Source of the DNA: Azolla caroliniana
Lineage: Eukaryota; Plantae; Polypodiophyta
DNA length: 64,000 nucleotides
Direction: 5' to 3'
Assembly (NCBI GenBank): GCA_043228905.1
Contig: JBHGNT010000014.1
Location: forward strand, 14,508,001-14,572,000
Of this stretch, positions 11,934 through 24,400 are shown in pieces. Below the pieces are notes generated by a model. That model did no database searches. It was given only the letters and a program-made list of their open reading frames with translations, and had not been told where the DNA came from. A program made the translations under genes and the position numbers. Each line of letters opens with the position of its first letter. Position 1 is the first letter of the stretch.

Positions 11934-13672
11934 TGCTGGATATTAAAGTTGATTTTGCGGAAGATTGAGGACCTATTAGTGAGTCTGGCAAACAATACAA
12001 TTAGCAAACAAGATGGAGTTATGCACTGTGACAAGATTCACGAAGATGAAAGACAGACAATTGCAAAGAGAGAGAGATAGAGAGAGAAAGAAAGAAAGTT
12101 ATATTAACGTCTTCTAAGGCCAAAATTGGCCCATGAGACAGTTGGTTTACAACAAGAATGGGTATTTATCCAATCATCAAAACTAAAATAAAAGTAAAGT
12201 AAAAATAGCTTAAGCTAAAAGAGTTCTAGTCGTATACAAAACATAGTATATTTGATAAAAAAGAAGTGACTTTGCACTAAGACTAATTTCATTTCCACCC
12301 AAGCCTCTCGAAAAGAAGTGGGAGGTCAAAGGGTTTTGGTGTGGGTGTGACCCATGGTCCCGGTGTATAGAGTGCCCCAACCATGGCTTCTAGGCTGTGT
12401 AGCTCACATTCCCTTATTTTCTTTATTGCTTCTACATCACGTTGAGTTGCTTTGAAACCCGACATCCGAGGGCATTTGGTTCTTCTTTGATTTTCTGCTT
12501 CATCAAGGAAAAGCCCGAGTGGTGCAGGTGTGTCGACATTCGTTGTCTCCCCCTATTCCTGAAAGACTTCATTTGTTACATGTTGGTGAACATTAACAAC
12601 CTTATTGTCAACATTTTGTAAGTTATTCTCTCTGTGTTGTTTTAATTCTAGGATGTATCTACCTAATTTCTTTATATCTAGTGTATCTAAAAGTTTAGGG
12701 AGGGTGGGAGAGGAACCAAGTATGTCTTGGTATTTGGCCCTTATCTCGGCATAGGTGGGACATTTGCATGCAAAGTGGTACTCATCCTCTATCTCTACAT
12801 GGCATAACCTACATATCCTTTCCTCCCTAGGGACTCCATTAATACGTCCATGCTCAATCTCAAGTTGGTGAGATGATATTCTAAGTTGACCAATGGCAAC
12901 CCCTTAGTGCATGTGGTAAGAATACATCTAGGTATTTTGGACGTGTAATAAAACCTAACTTAGAGAAGTGCATGAAGTGTTCCTTATAGTACAACATTTT
13001 AGATGGGAGTGGCTCTAGTGGGGTGATCCATTTATACCAAGTGTAAATTTGCCATATTTCTTGGCGTATTACTTTATTTCGGTCCTCATGAGAGATTAAA
13101 GTTTTATTAATCGTGTGGTCGTACTTAAGGGGGGGGAGGTTATTAATGTCTAGAACATTTGCAAGAAACCAACTCACCATCATGCCATACCATGAGCTAG
13201 TATAGCCGGACTCATACAGTGATCGAGAGGCCTTAAAGGCTTGATGGGATATTCTATCATGTGGTTGGCTATGTATCTTGTGGATAAAGACTACAAGTTG
13301 AAAAAGTGCTTCTACTAACATCGGGGGTAGAGTGAACTCAACCCTAATAATGTCATGTGAGACTGTCGATTTGCTTCGGAGTTGGCGTGATAACATCATC
13401 ACCAATGGTCTCTCTAATTGCGTCCACATGAAAGATGGTGGTCCTAGAGCCCAAACCGCTAATGCATACATGAGGGAGGGAGTCACTAATGAGTCAAAGA
13501 GCCACCCTTTAGTCCGTGGCTCTTGGAAGTATGCTTGATGGCATTGTCTCTTGAGGAGTGAGAGGGATGCATGTCCTCTCGTACGTCTATCCTTCGCTAC
13601 TTGTGTCATCGAAAATTTACCTGAGTGGGCACTGAAAGTGACTTCAAGATAGACATATGTCTTGGTTCCCGT

Positions 13673-14307
13673 TGTCGCGAAGATTCGCTCGTACGTGTGC
13701 TACTCGAGCGACCACCGGGGTCTTGGACTGGGGAGGACGTTCGCGGAATTATCGAAGAGATAACGATCAATGTAAGATTGGATGAAGTTTGTTCACTTGA
13801 GAAGAAGAAAGATTGTACACTTGAGAAGTAGAAAAAAGATGAAGAAGATAAAGACGAATATAATTATATTGATGATAGTGGTGTTGGTGATATCACATAT
13901 TGAGCTCCCCTTTACACAAGCTTCAGTAGGGTTTTTATAGCTCTCTTCATGCACAAAACCATGGGTTTAGAACCATGGTTTTGGGGACACGGTTTTGCTT
14001 ATGACATGCACAATCCATGGGTTTAGAACCATGGTTTTGTGCACATAGTTTTCTATGGTTGTTTCGTCTATAATTCGTATATGAAAAGGAAATACATAAA
14101 ATCTACACTATATGATGGTTGTCCTAGTGGTAAGGCAACCATCTTGTATCTTAGAGGTGCAAGGTTCAAACCTTGCTTGCACCCCTCTGTATGAACTCAA
14201 GTGCTACTAGGCCTTAGGCTTATTTGCTAAGTGCATGTGCAATGTTGCACATCCTTGGTTTATTCGTCACACTCGGTTTCACACCGTAGTCGAAAATCGT
14301 CACGACA
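13673..14307 (-). mobile_element. Gypsy-type solo LTR (TGTCG-terminus group), 4-bp TSD CCGT
   Basis: tgtcgcgaag...cgtcacgaca; CCGT on both sides; the empty site ggttcccgta is visible in LINE copy 2 at ~29310. Confidence 0.85.
14113..14185 (+). ncRNA. tRNA-like Pol III module inside an LTR (not a canonical tRNA)
   Basis: A-box TGTCCTAGTGG 14120-14130; B-box GGTTCAAACC 14163-14172; T-arm gcaagg/ccttgc. Confidence 0.6.
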
Positions 14308-17300
14308 CCGTAATCTCTTCCATGCAATGGCACAATCGCTACTCATGAGCATATGGTAGAGTTCCCAATATTGGGATGCCTCCCATGCTCGTCTCTTACG
14401 ACGTGTCATCTTGCGCATTTCTTTGCGAGCTTGTATTGAGGTAATGCTACCACTGAGTTGCGATATTGTAAGTTGTCTATGTAAGTACCTATAGTCCTCA
14501 TCATACCATCTATTTTGTGGCATAGATCCTAATCTACCTTGATTGGAGTGTTTCGTTATGGGAAACTATTAACTGCTACGGAGTGAAGGATGTGTGTGAG
14601 TTTCGTACTAAGGCTCTGTAAAGGTAGGGAGGGATCAAGGCAGGAGAGATGGGCTTGAACATGTCGAACGTATATGTGAGAGAGCTCATGTGTGAAATGT
14701 ATTGTGGTGTGATGTCGTGGTTGACTAGAGTTGGTGACGTTAGAGATATCGCATTTTACCTCGAAGTATAAGAAACTATGGTCCGTGCCAATAGGGCATG
14801 GGGCCACTTGGAAGGAGTTAATCATATGGGTAGCTTCAGGGCGTCCTATTAGATAATCAACTGTGCTTTCCCCTCCTCGATGTGGGAAACATGTGAGCTC
14901 TTCCGAGCCTGGCCACCTGGCTAAACCATTATATATGACCATCTGGTGCCTACTGCCAAGTTCAAGCAAATGATGGCCAAAATTCGTGGCATCCGCACCT
15001 TGGTCCTTTGATCTACGTGTGGTGCCTATGTCTAAAGGATCTACATTTACCATTTCTAGGTTTCTATCCATTTGAAATACTATGCATTGTCGGGATATAT
15101 TAACGTCTTCTAAGGCCAAAATTGGCCCATGAGACAAATGGTTTACAACAAAAAATGGGATATTTACCCATTCATCGAAAGTAAAAAATAAAAATAAAAA
15201 TAGAGTTTTAAACTAAATAGTTCTAATAAAATAACAAACATGTTCTATATAAAAAACATGTTCTACAATGAAAATGATGTTATACTAGGCCTAATTTCAT
15301 TTCCATCCAAGTTTCTCGAAGAGAAGTAGGAGGTCAAAGGGTTTCGATGTGGATGTGGTCCAAGGTCCCAATGTAAAAGGTACCCCAACCATAGCTTCTA
15401 GTCGACGTAGCTCACATTCCCTTATCTTCTTAATCTTTTCTACTCCGTGTCGACTTGTTTTGAAGCCCAACATCCGAGGGCGTTTGCTTTACATTTCGGC
15501 TTCCTCAAGAGAGAGGCCGAGTGCCGTAAGTGTATCCACATTCATCGTCTCTCCTTGTTCCTGAAAAATTACACTAGTTACAAGTTGATGAACAGTAAAA
15601 GGATTATGGTTAAAACTTTGTAATTTATTCTCCTTATGTTGTTTTAGCTCTAAGATATACCTACCTAGTCTCTTTACATCTGGGGTGTCTAATAGTTTGG
15701 AGAGGGTCGGAGAGGGTCCTAATATGTCTTGGTATTCTGCCTGTATCTCGGCATAAGTTGGGCACTTGCATGTGAAGTGATACTCATCCTCTATCTCTAT
15801 GTGACACAACCTACATAGCCTTTCCTCTCTAGGAACTCTATTAGCCCGACCATTCTCAACCTCAAGTTGGTGAGATAATATCCTAAGTTGTCCAATGGCC
15901 ACCCTTAGTGCATTTGATAAGAATGTATCTAGATATATTGGTCGTGTAATAAAACCTAACTGAGAGAAGTGCAAGAAGTGTTCCTTATAGTACAACATTT
16001 TAGATGGGAGTGGCTCTCGTGGGGTGATCCATTTATATCGAGTGTAAATTTGCCATATTTCTTGGCGTATCACTTTATTACGGTCTTCATGAGCTATTAG
16101 AGTTTGATCAGTCCCATGGTTGTACTTAAGGGGAGGTAGGTTATTAATATCTATGTCGTTTGCAAGTAACCAACTCACCACAGTGCTATACCAAGAGCTA
16201 GTGTCTCCAGACGCATGTAGGGATCGGGATGCCTCAAAGGCTCGATGGGATATCCTATCTTGTGGTTGGCTATGTATCCGATGAATAAAAACTACCACAT
16301 TGGGGGCAGACTGAACTCTGCTCTAATAATGTCTCGTGGTATTGCCGATTTGCTTCGGAGTTGATGTGATAACATTGTCTCCAAAGGTCTCTCTAATTGC
16401 GTCCACATGAAAGATGGTAGACTTGGAGCCCATTCTACTAATGCATACATGAGGGAAGGGGTCACTAATGAGTCGAAGAGGCATCCCTTAGTCTGTGGCT
16501 CTTGAAAGTATGCCTGGTGGCATTGTCTCTCAAAGAGTGAGAGGGATGCATACCCTCTTGTTAGCCTATATTTGCCTTCATGGGTCATCGAGAATTTACC
16601 TGAGCGAGCACTAAAAGTGACTCCCAAGTATACATATCATCCAACTACCTCAATATTGGGAGACAGGTCCCTCTGGATGGATAAGGAGTACCCGGCTATG
16701 GAGAGCCGGATGGTGCATACTCGGTAGAAATCGGATGAGGAGTACCCGGCTACGGAGAGCCGGATGGTGCAGACCCGGTGAGAACCGGATGAGGAGTACC
16801 CGGCTACGGAGAGCCAGATGGTGCAGACCCGGTGAGAACCGGATGAGGAGTACCCGGCTACGGAGAGCCGAATGGTGCAGACCCGGTGAGAATCGGATGA
16901 GGAGTATCCGGCTACGGAGAGCCGGATGGTGGAGACCCGGTGAGAAGCGCTCTCCGGATGAAGAGACATATTCGTAAATATGTTTCTGAGAGTCCATCGT
17001 GGCTATATTTGTAAATAGCCAAAAAGTCATATTAGTATAAATATGACTTAGGGCAAACTTTTGAATGTTGTTGTCATTCTTGTTGGTGCAAGGTGAGAGA
17101 GAGCGTGTAACTGTGTACAGAGAGAGAGAGAGAGAGAAAGAGGTCGTTGCCTCTGTTGTAACCGCTGCCTGTGGCGAGAATCGTGAGCACGAGGTCGTCG
17201 CCTCCGTGAACTCACTGTTGTACATTCTAACATAGTGATAGTTTGCAGCCTGTGGGCTGCTGTGGTTTTTTCCCTTAGTTTGGGTTTTCCACGTAAACAT

Positions 17301-19575
17301 CCTGCGTACTCGTCTCCTCTTCGTGTCGTTCATTATTTCCCGTTTTCTGTGTATGATTCTAAGCTCGGTTGTGGCCGAGCGTTGCGTATAGGGAGCGTGC
17401 AGTTCCCGTCAAGTGGTATCAGAGTGAAACGACACAAAAAATGGACGATTCGTTGGGAGGCATGTTCAAGCTCACCGGCTCCAACTATTCGGTATGGAAG
17501 TCGAAGATGAGGGACATGCTCGTGGTTAAAGATCTTTGGCTGCCGGTTCAGTTTGGGGACAAGAGACCGGACAAAATCGACGCCACGATATGGGAGGTGA
17601 TGCACATGAAGACAACGGCGTACATACGGTGCTTCATCGACATGAGCTTATACAACAACTTCAATGAAGAGAGCAAGGCTCATGAGCTCTGGGAGAAGAT
17701 CGGCATAATGTTTCAAAGCAAAAATGCTATTAATCAGGTTTCAGTATTCCGGAAGCTAGTAAGACTTCGGTACCAAGATGGCTCCAGCATGGCGGAGCAC
17801 ATGAATGCCTTCTAGGGGTTGATCCACCAGGCAACATCATTGGAGGTACCTCTCGCCGATGAGGTACTAGCACTACTCCTGCTCGATTCCCTCCCAAATA
17901 GCTGGGAGACGTTGGTTGTCACCTTGGGCAATGCCGGGCCGGAAGGGAAACGATTATCCCTAGCAAGAGTAAAGTTGAGCTTGCTAGTTGAGGAGGCACA
18001 TCGGAAAGATAAAGATACAAGCTCCGACTCCAAAGCGCTCCTTACCGAATCGGAATGCGGAAGACACAGAAACCGTAGTCCCCAGAACCGGGAAAAGTCG
18101 GGGACACGGTCAAAGTCAAGAGGGAGGCCTACTTGCTTCTATTGCGGCAAGCCGGGACACTTCCAAAAGAACTGTCGGCATTTCCGAAAAGATAAGGAGA
18201 CCGACGGTACCGATTCGAAGCGGACCCCGGACCGGAACGGTAAAGACCGGAGGGGGCCGGACCGGAAGGGAACGGCGGCAATCGCGGCAAGTGAAGAGGA
18301 GTTGATGCTCATTACCGAGGAGAGTGAGATAAACCTTGCCGGCGACGAGATGACCTAGGTGGTAGACTCCGGAGCATCGTTCCATCTTACCCCGGACCGG
18401 AAATGCTTCTCATTTTACGCAGCCGGTGATCACGGCTTTGTCCGGATGGGGAATGAAGGTACATGCCGAATTGTCGGCATAGGAGACGTGTGGCTGACAA
18501 CACCAACCGGATGCAAGTTGCTGCTGAAGGATGTCCGACACGTTCCGAAGGTTCGTCTGAACCTGATATCAGCCGGTCGGCTAGATGATGAAGGCTACAC
18601 GGGTAGCATCCGGAACGGTGTCATGAAGTTCAGCAAAGGGAGCCTGATTGTGGCTCGGGCCCGGAAGGTCAACACACTGTACCTGATGAATGCCCGGTTA
18701 TGTCCGGAAGAAGTGAACATGGCATCCGATACTGCCGGTGAGCTGTGGCACAAGAGGCTGTGTCATATGAGCGAGAAGGGGATGAAGAGGCTTGTAGACG
18801 ACAACCTCATTCCAGTGAAGAACGTGCACTTGGAGAAGTGCATTGATTGTCTGGCCGGCAAGCAAAACCGGACCTCCTTCCGACCAAGGCCACCGATGAG
18901 ACGTAATGCACCACTGGAGTTGGTGCATACAGATGTGTGTCAAGTAGACACGAAGTCACATGTCGGAGCGCAGTACTTCGTGAGTTTCATAGATGACCAC
19001 AGCCGGAAGCTGTGGGCCACACCGTTGAAGACGAAGGATCAGGTGCTATCCGTCTTCAAAGAGCTCCACGCGAGAGTGGAAAGAGAAACCGGCTGGAAGC
19101 TGAATGCGGTTCGAGCAGATAACAGAGGAGAATACCGGGGGCAGTTCGAGGAGTACTGCCGCTCGAAGGGAATTCGGCTCGAATTTACCGTGCCGAAGAC
19201 ACCGGAACTAAACGGACTGGCCGAGAGGATGAACCAGACCATAATGGAGAGGGTCCGGAGTATGCTAGCGCATGCAAAACTACCCAAGAAGTTTTGGGCT
19301 GAGGCACTGTCGACGGCGACATATGTGATAAATAGATCACCCTCAGTACCCTTGGACGGAGACACGCCACAGAGAGTGTGGACCGGCAAGGAAGTATCCT
19401 ACCGGCATCTGAAGGTGTTCGGGTGTCTCGCGTACGTGCATGTAGCTAAGGACCGGAGAGGAAAGTTAGATCCAAAGACCCGTCCATGCATATTCCTCGG
19501 TTACGGTGACGATGAATTCGGCTACCGAGTGTGGGACCTGGTCGACAAGAAGGTATTCCAGAGTCGAGATATTAT

Positions 19576-20333
19576 TGTTGGGAGACAGGTCCCTCCGGAT
19601 GGGAAGGGAGAAGATTAGTGCCGATGAACAAACTCAGCCGAGGCCGAAGACCGGATGAGGAGTACCTGGCTACGGAGAGCCGGATGATGCAGACCCGGTG
19701 AAGACCGGATGAGGAGTACCTGGCTACGGAGAGCCGGATGATACAGACCCGGTGTGGACCGGATAAGGAGTACCTGGCTACGGAGAGCCGGATGATACAG
19801 ACCCGGTGTGAACCGGATGAGGAGTACTCGGCTACGGAGAGCCGGATGGTGCAGGCCCGATATGAACCGGATGAGGAGACATATTCGTAAATATGTTTCT
19901 GAGAGCCTATTGAGGCTACATTTGTAAATAGCCGAAAAGTCATATTAGTATAAATATGACTTAGGGCAAAACTTTTAGTAACTGTTGTTGTCATTTTCTT
20001 GTTGGTGCAAGAAGCAGAGACAGTACGTAACGTTGTACAGAGAGAGAGAGAGAGAAAGAGGTCGATGCCTCTGTTGTAACCGCCGCCTGTGGCGAAGATC
20101 GTGAGTCCGAGGTCGTTGCCTCCGTGAACTCACTGTTTTGTACATTCTTACATAGTGACAGTTTGCAGCCTGTGGGCTGCCGTGGTTTTTCCCCTAGTTT
20201 GGGGTTTTTCCACGTAAACCTCCTGTGTATCTTCCTCTCCTTTTGTGTCGTGTTTTATTTCCCGTTTTCTGTGTATCTTTCTACGCTCGGTTGTGGCTGA
20301 GCGTCGCGCATAAGGAACGTCGGGTTCCCGTCA
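19576..20333 (+). mobile_element. Solo LTR related to the Copia F LTR, TSD ATTAT
   Basis: tgttgggagacaggtccc...cccgtca; ATTAT on both sides; interrupts Copia F pol at SRDII|FMEDK. Confidence 0.92.
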
Positions 20334-21417
20334 ATTATCTTCATGGAGGACAAGACGCTCGCCGACTGGGAGTCGGAGAAGAAGATAATGAACTCCGAGT
20401 CGACCGGTAAGGATCGACTCTACGATGAGCAGACCCTACCGGCAAGAGACCGGTTAGCACTCGAGGGACCAGCCGATTACGGTGAGGATACCGAACAGGC
20501 TGAAGAAGAAGTAGAGGAAGCTGAAACCGAAACCGGCCAAGACCCTGAATCGGATTCGGATGAAGAGCAAATGGAGGAGACGGTTACCGAAGCTCGAAGA
20601 CGGAGATATCCTCTCAGAGATAGGAGGCCCCCCCGAAGATTTCCGGATGCAGAGCATGTTCTGCTGACCGATGAGGGGGAGCCGGAAAGCTTCGAAGAAG
20701 CGAAGGATGACACCCACAGCCACAAATGGTTAAGTGCCATGCAGGATGAGATGGATTCCCTGCATGAGAACCATATGTACGAATTGGTGGAGTTGCCGAA
20801 AGGAAAGCGGGCACTCCGAAACAAGTGGGTGTACAAGTTGAAACCGAGAGATGCCGGCAACCCCCCGAGATACAAAGCCAGGATCGTGGTGAAGGGGTTC
20901 CAACAGAAGAAGGGCGTGGACTTCGATGAGATATTTGCCTGGGTAGTAAAGATGACCTCCATCCGGACGATGATGAGTATAGCGGCAAGCATGGACCTTG
21001 AGGTAGAGCAGCTAGACGTGAAGACGACATTCCTTCACGGCGACCTCGAAGAGGAGATCTACATGCAGCAACCGGAAGGATTCGTGGAGAAAGGGAAGGA
21101 GCACCTGGTATGCTGGTTGAAGAAGAGCCCGTACGGACTGAAGCAGGCTCCCCGACAATGGTACCGGAAGTTCGACTCCTTCATGACCGATCAAGGGTAC
21201 CACAAGACGCAGGCCGATCACTGTGTGTTTTTGAAGAAGTTCGAAGGAGGCGACTTCCTGATACTCCTTCTGTACGTGGATGACATGTTGATCGTCGGAC
21301 GAGACCAAGTCAAAATACGGATGCTGAAGAAGGCTCTCAACCGGACCTTCTCAATGAAAGACTTGGGTCCGGCAAGACAGATGCTGGGGATGCATATTAT
21401 CCGGAACCGGTCAGTGA

Positions 21418-24400
21418 TGTCGAATACATGTGTATAATGGACGTATTCACATTATCCCGTTTTGGCCATTTATGTAATTAGCATAAAGGGTAGTTGCCCT
21501 AAGTCGGTCACTATATATAGTGACCTTGTAACCTTTTTGTAAGGTTGGATGTTGTATTATTGCTTTATGAATAAGAAGTCTTTTGTGTGTCTCTCTCTCT
21601 CTCTCTCTCTCTGATCAACGACCTACAATCTGTTATACGCAGGTACAGAAAAGAATCCATTGCTCCTTGATCTTCCGCACAGACGACCTCGCTTTCAACA
21701 TCTGGTATCAGAGCAGAGGTTCGGCCGACATCACCGCCTGCACAGCATTCGGTTCTTCACTTCATCACGGCCTGCACAGTATTCGCGTCATTCGAAGAAA
21801 GAGAGAAGAAGAACAAAAACGAGGTTTGCACCTCATCGCGTTAGATCCCCTTGCTTGGAGTAAGCCAGCAGGTTGTACTCTGTCCCTTGTGATCGTAACC
21901 GCTCGAGGTGAAATCCCCTTGTGCAACTTTGACAACAACCCAAATTCGTGCTTCATCTGGCTGATCGACATTCGGGAGGATCAGTCGGATCCGTCTCTCT
22001 CGTCGCTGCAGTCACCCGAAGCCGAATCGGTCCAGATAATCGGTTTCAATAATCGGTATTCGGCATATATATCCGAAGCGAACCGGGCTCACTCCGACTC
22101 GGCGACATTCGGGAAGACCAGTCGGTTCTGTCCCTCAAGTTACCGGAGTCAATTCGAGCAAGTTCAACAATACATATATCCGAAGCCGAACCGACTCGGG
22201 TTCAAATCCGACTAGAACGATATCGGGTGAGCCAACCGGCTGCACTCCAACAAGGTTCGTAGTCAACTCCGAACCGAGCTTCGTCAACCAAAACCGAACT
22301 TGATGGCATCAACATCCGGCTCGTCAGAAATGAGTCTACGAAAGTTCGATGGATCAAACTTTAACTTCTGGAAGGAGCAAATGCAGGACTATCTCATAGT
22401 CAAGGGGCAAATCGATCCCATCGAAAATGAAGAACCTCCAGAAGGATACAAACCAATTGAGTGGCAGAAGCTGGACAGAATCGTCCGCGCCACGATTCGG
22501 ATGCACCTATCGGAATCGGTATACTTTACGGTGCAATCGTGTACGACAGCATTCGAACTGTGGAAAACACTGTCGGACACTTACGAAAAGAAGGTCGCCG
22601 CAACAAAGATGTTTCTGATCCGGCGCCTCTACAACTTGCGGATGAAAGAATCCGATTCGGTTCAAGCACACCTCAATGAGTACGAAAGCATAAGCTCCCA
22701 AATCTCGTCACAGGGGACGGCAATCGAGGATGAACTCAGAGCAATGATACTCATGAGCAGCCTTCCCTCATCATGGGAAACTTTCGTCACAACCGTGTGC
22801 AACGCGTCAACCACGGCTGTTAAATACTCCGAAGTCACGAGCGCAATCCTGACCGAAGCAGCTCGGAGAAAGTCTTTCGCCAAAGACTCAACAGACGACG
22901 CTTACGTAGTACAAGGTTCGACAGACCGATCGAACATACGAGGAAGAGATTCCTCACGGCCGCCGAACAATCAGCGAAGACGGAGCCAGTCACGGGATAA
23001 CCGAATCTGCAACTACTGCAAGAAACCCGGACACATCAAAGCCGACTGCCGCGCACTCAAGAACAAGAACAACAAGAAGAGTGGCCGGCATGAGGAGATC
23101 AATTACGTCAGCTTCTCAGCTGATGTGCTACCAGACGACCCGAATATACTATCAATCGAAAATCCAGTCGGATCAGAAGTTCTACTCACGACTGAAGAAT
23201 CGAGCACATGGCTCTTAGATTCGGGTGCGTCATTTCACGTGACTCCTCATCGATCCCAATTTCGGCAATATACGATCCGTCACTCCGACTCAGTTCGGGT
23301 CGGCAACTCACAACACTGTGACATCATCGGAATTGGCACAGTAGAGCTCAACCTTGCAGGTGGCTCTACACTTGTACTCCACAATGTCCGACATGTACCC
23401 GAGCTCTCAAGGCCATTGATCTCAGTCAGACAACTAGATGAAGACGACATTCGTGCCGGTTTTTCTTCGGGAGGGTGGACACTCCACAGGGGGAACCTCC
23501 TGCTTGCTAGAGGACCCAAGATACACTCACTGTATCCGTTACATGTTACGCTCAGAGAGGGTAACCTGTTTTTGGTGGATATTCCTGTGTCATCACTATG
23601 GCACAGAAGATTAGGACACCTCAGCAAGGCCGGCATCACGCACCTATCTAGAGCCGGATACATCCCCAAACTCTCCTTCTCGGACCATCAATTCTGCGAG
23701 CATTGCCAGTATGGCAAACAAGCAGCCGCATCACACCCGACATCAGCACCAAGAGAAACGAGACCTCTCGATTTAGTCCATTCGGACGTCTGTGGCCCAA
23801 TGCCGCATCAGTCTCTAGGCGGTGCCTCTTACTTCGTCACTTTTATTGACGATTCGACTCGAAAGGTGTGGGCTTATCCGATTCGCACCAAAGATCGGGT
23901 CTTCTCGATCTTCTCAGATTGGCTCGCTATGGTAGAAAATCAAACCGACCGAAAACTGAAATGCTTTCGGACCGACAATGGGGGAGAGTTCAAATCCGAT
24001 GAATTCGTCAAATTCTGCCGACAACGCGGCATCCGACGTGAATTTACGGCACCACACAGTCCGGAGCAAAACGGGATTGCAGAACGAATGAATCGGACAA
24101 TCCAAGAAAGGATAGTTTCCATGCTCCAACACTCCGGACTGTCGGATGGCTTCTGGGCAGAGGCTCTACTCACGGCAGTACACATAATCAATATGTCGCC
24201 AAGTAGACCTCTAGGACTTCAAATTCCTCAGGAACTATGGATCGGCAGTAAGCCGAATTACGACAAGTTGAGGATCTTCGGATGCGAGGCGTACGCCCTT
24301 ATTCCGAAAGATGATCGCCGAAAACTTGCACCTCGGTCCAGGAAATGCATTTTCCTTGGATATGGATCCGACGGCGAAATGGGATACCGACTCTGGGACC

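Larger units (their letters stand above)
12099..15093 (-). mobile_element. LINE copy 1 (APE-endonuclease type, RTE/RTEX-like), 5'-truncated, RT core deleted
   Basis: Endonuclease motifs STVDYLIG and GTDH; C-terminal ERICRLC..EDEYHFACKCPTY; jumps from linker to post-RT region at ~13660; 3' end identical in form to copy 2. Confidence 0.85.

Noticed and set aside
16637-17333. Repetitive ORFs in Copia F-family LTRs
   Set aside because: Open only because the 54-bp repeat is a multiple of three.
21583-22215. 210-aa ORF upstream of Copia G gag
   Set aside because: It starts at a non-ATG codon in the LTR microsatellite, crosses the PBS and has no recognisable motif.
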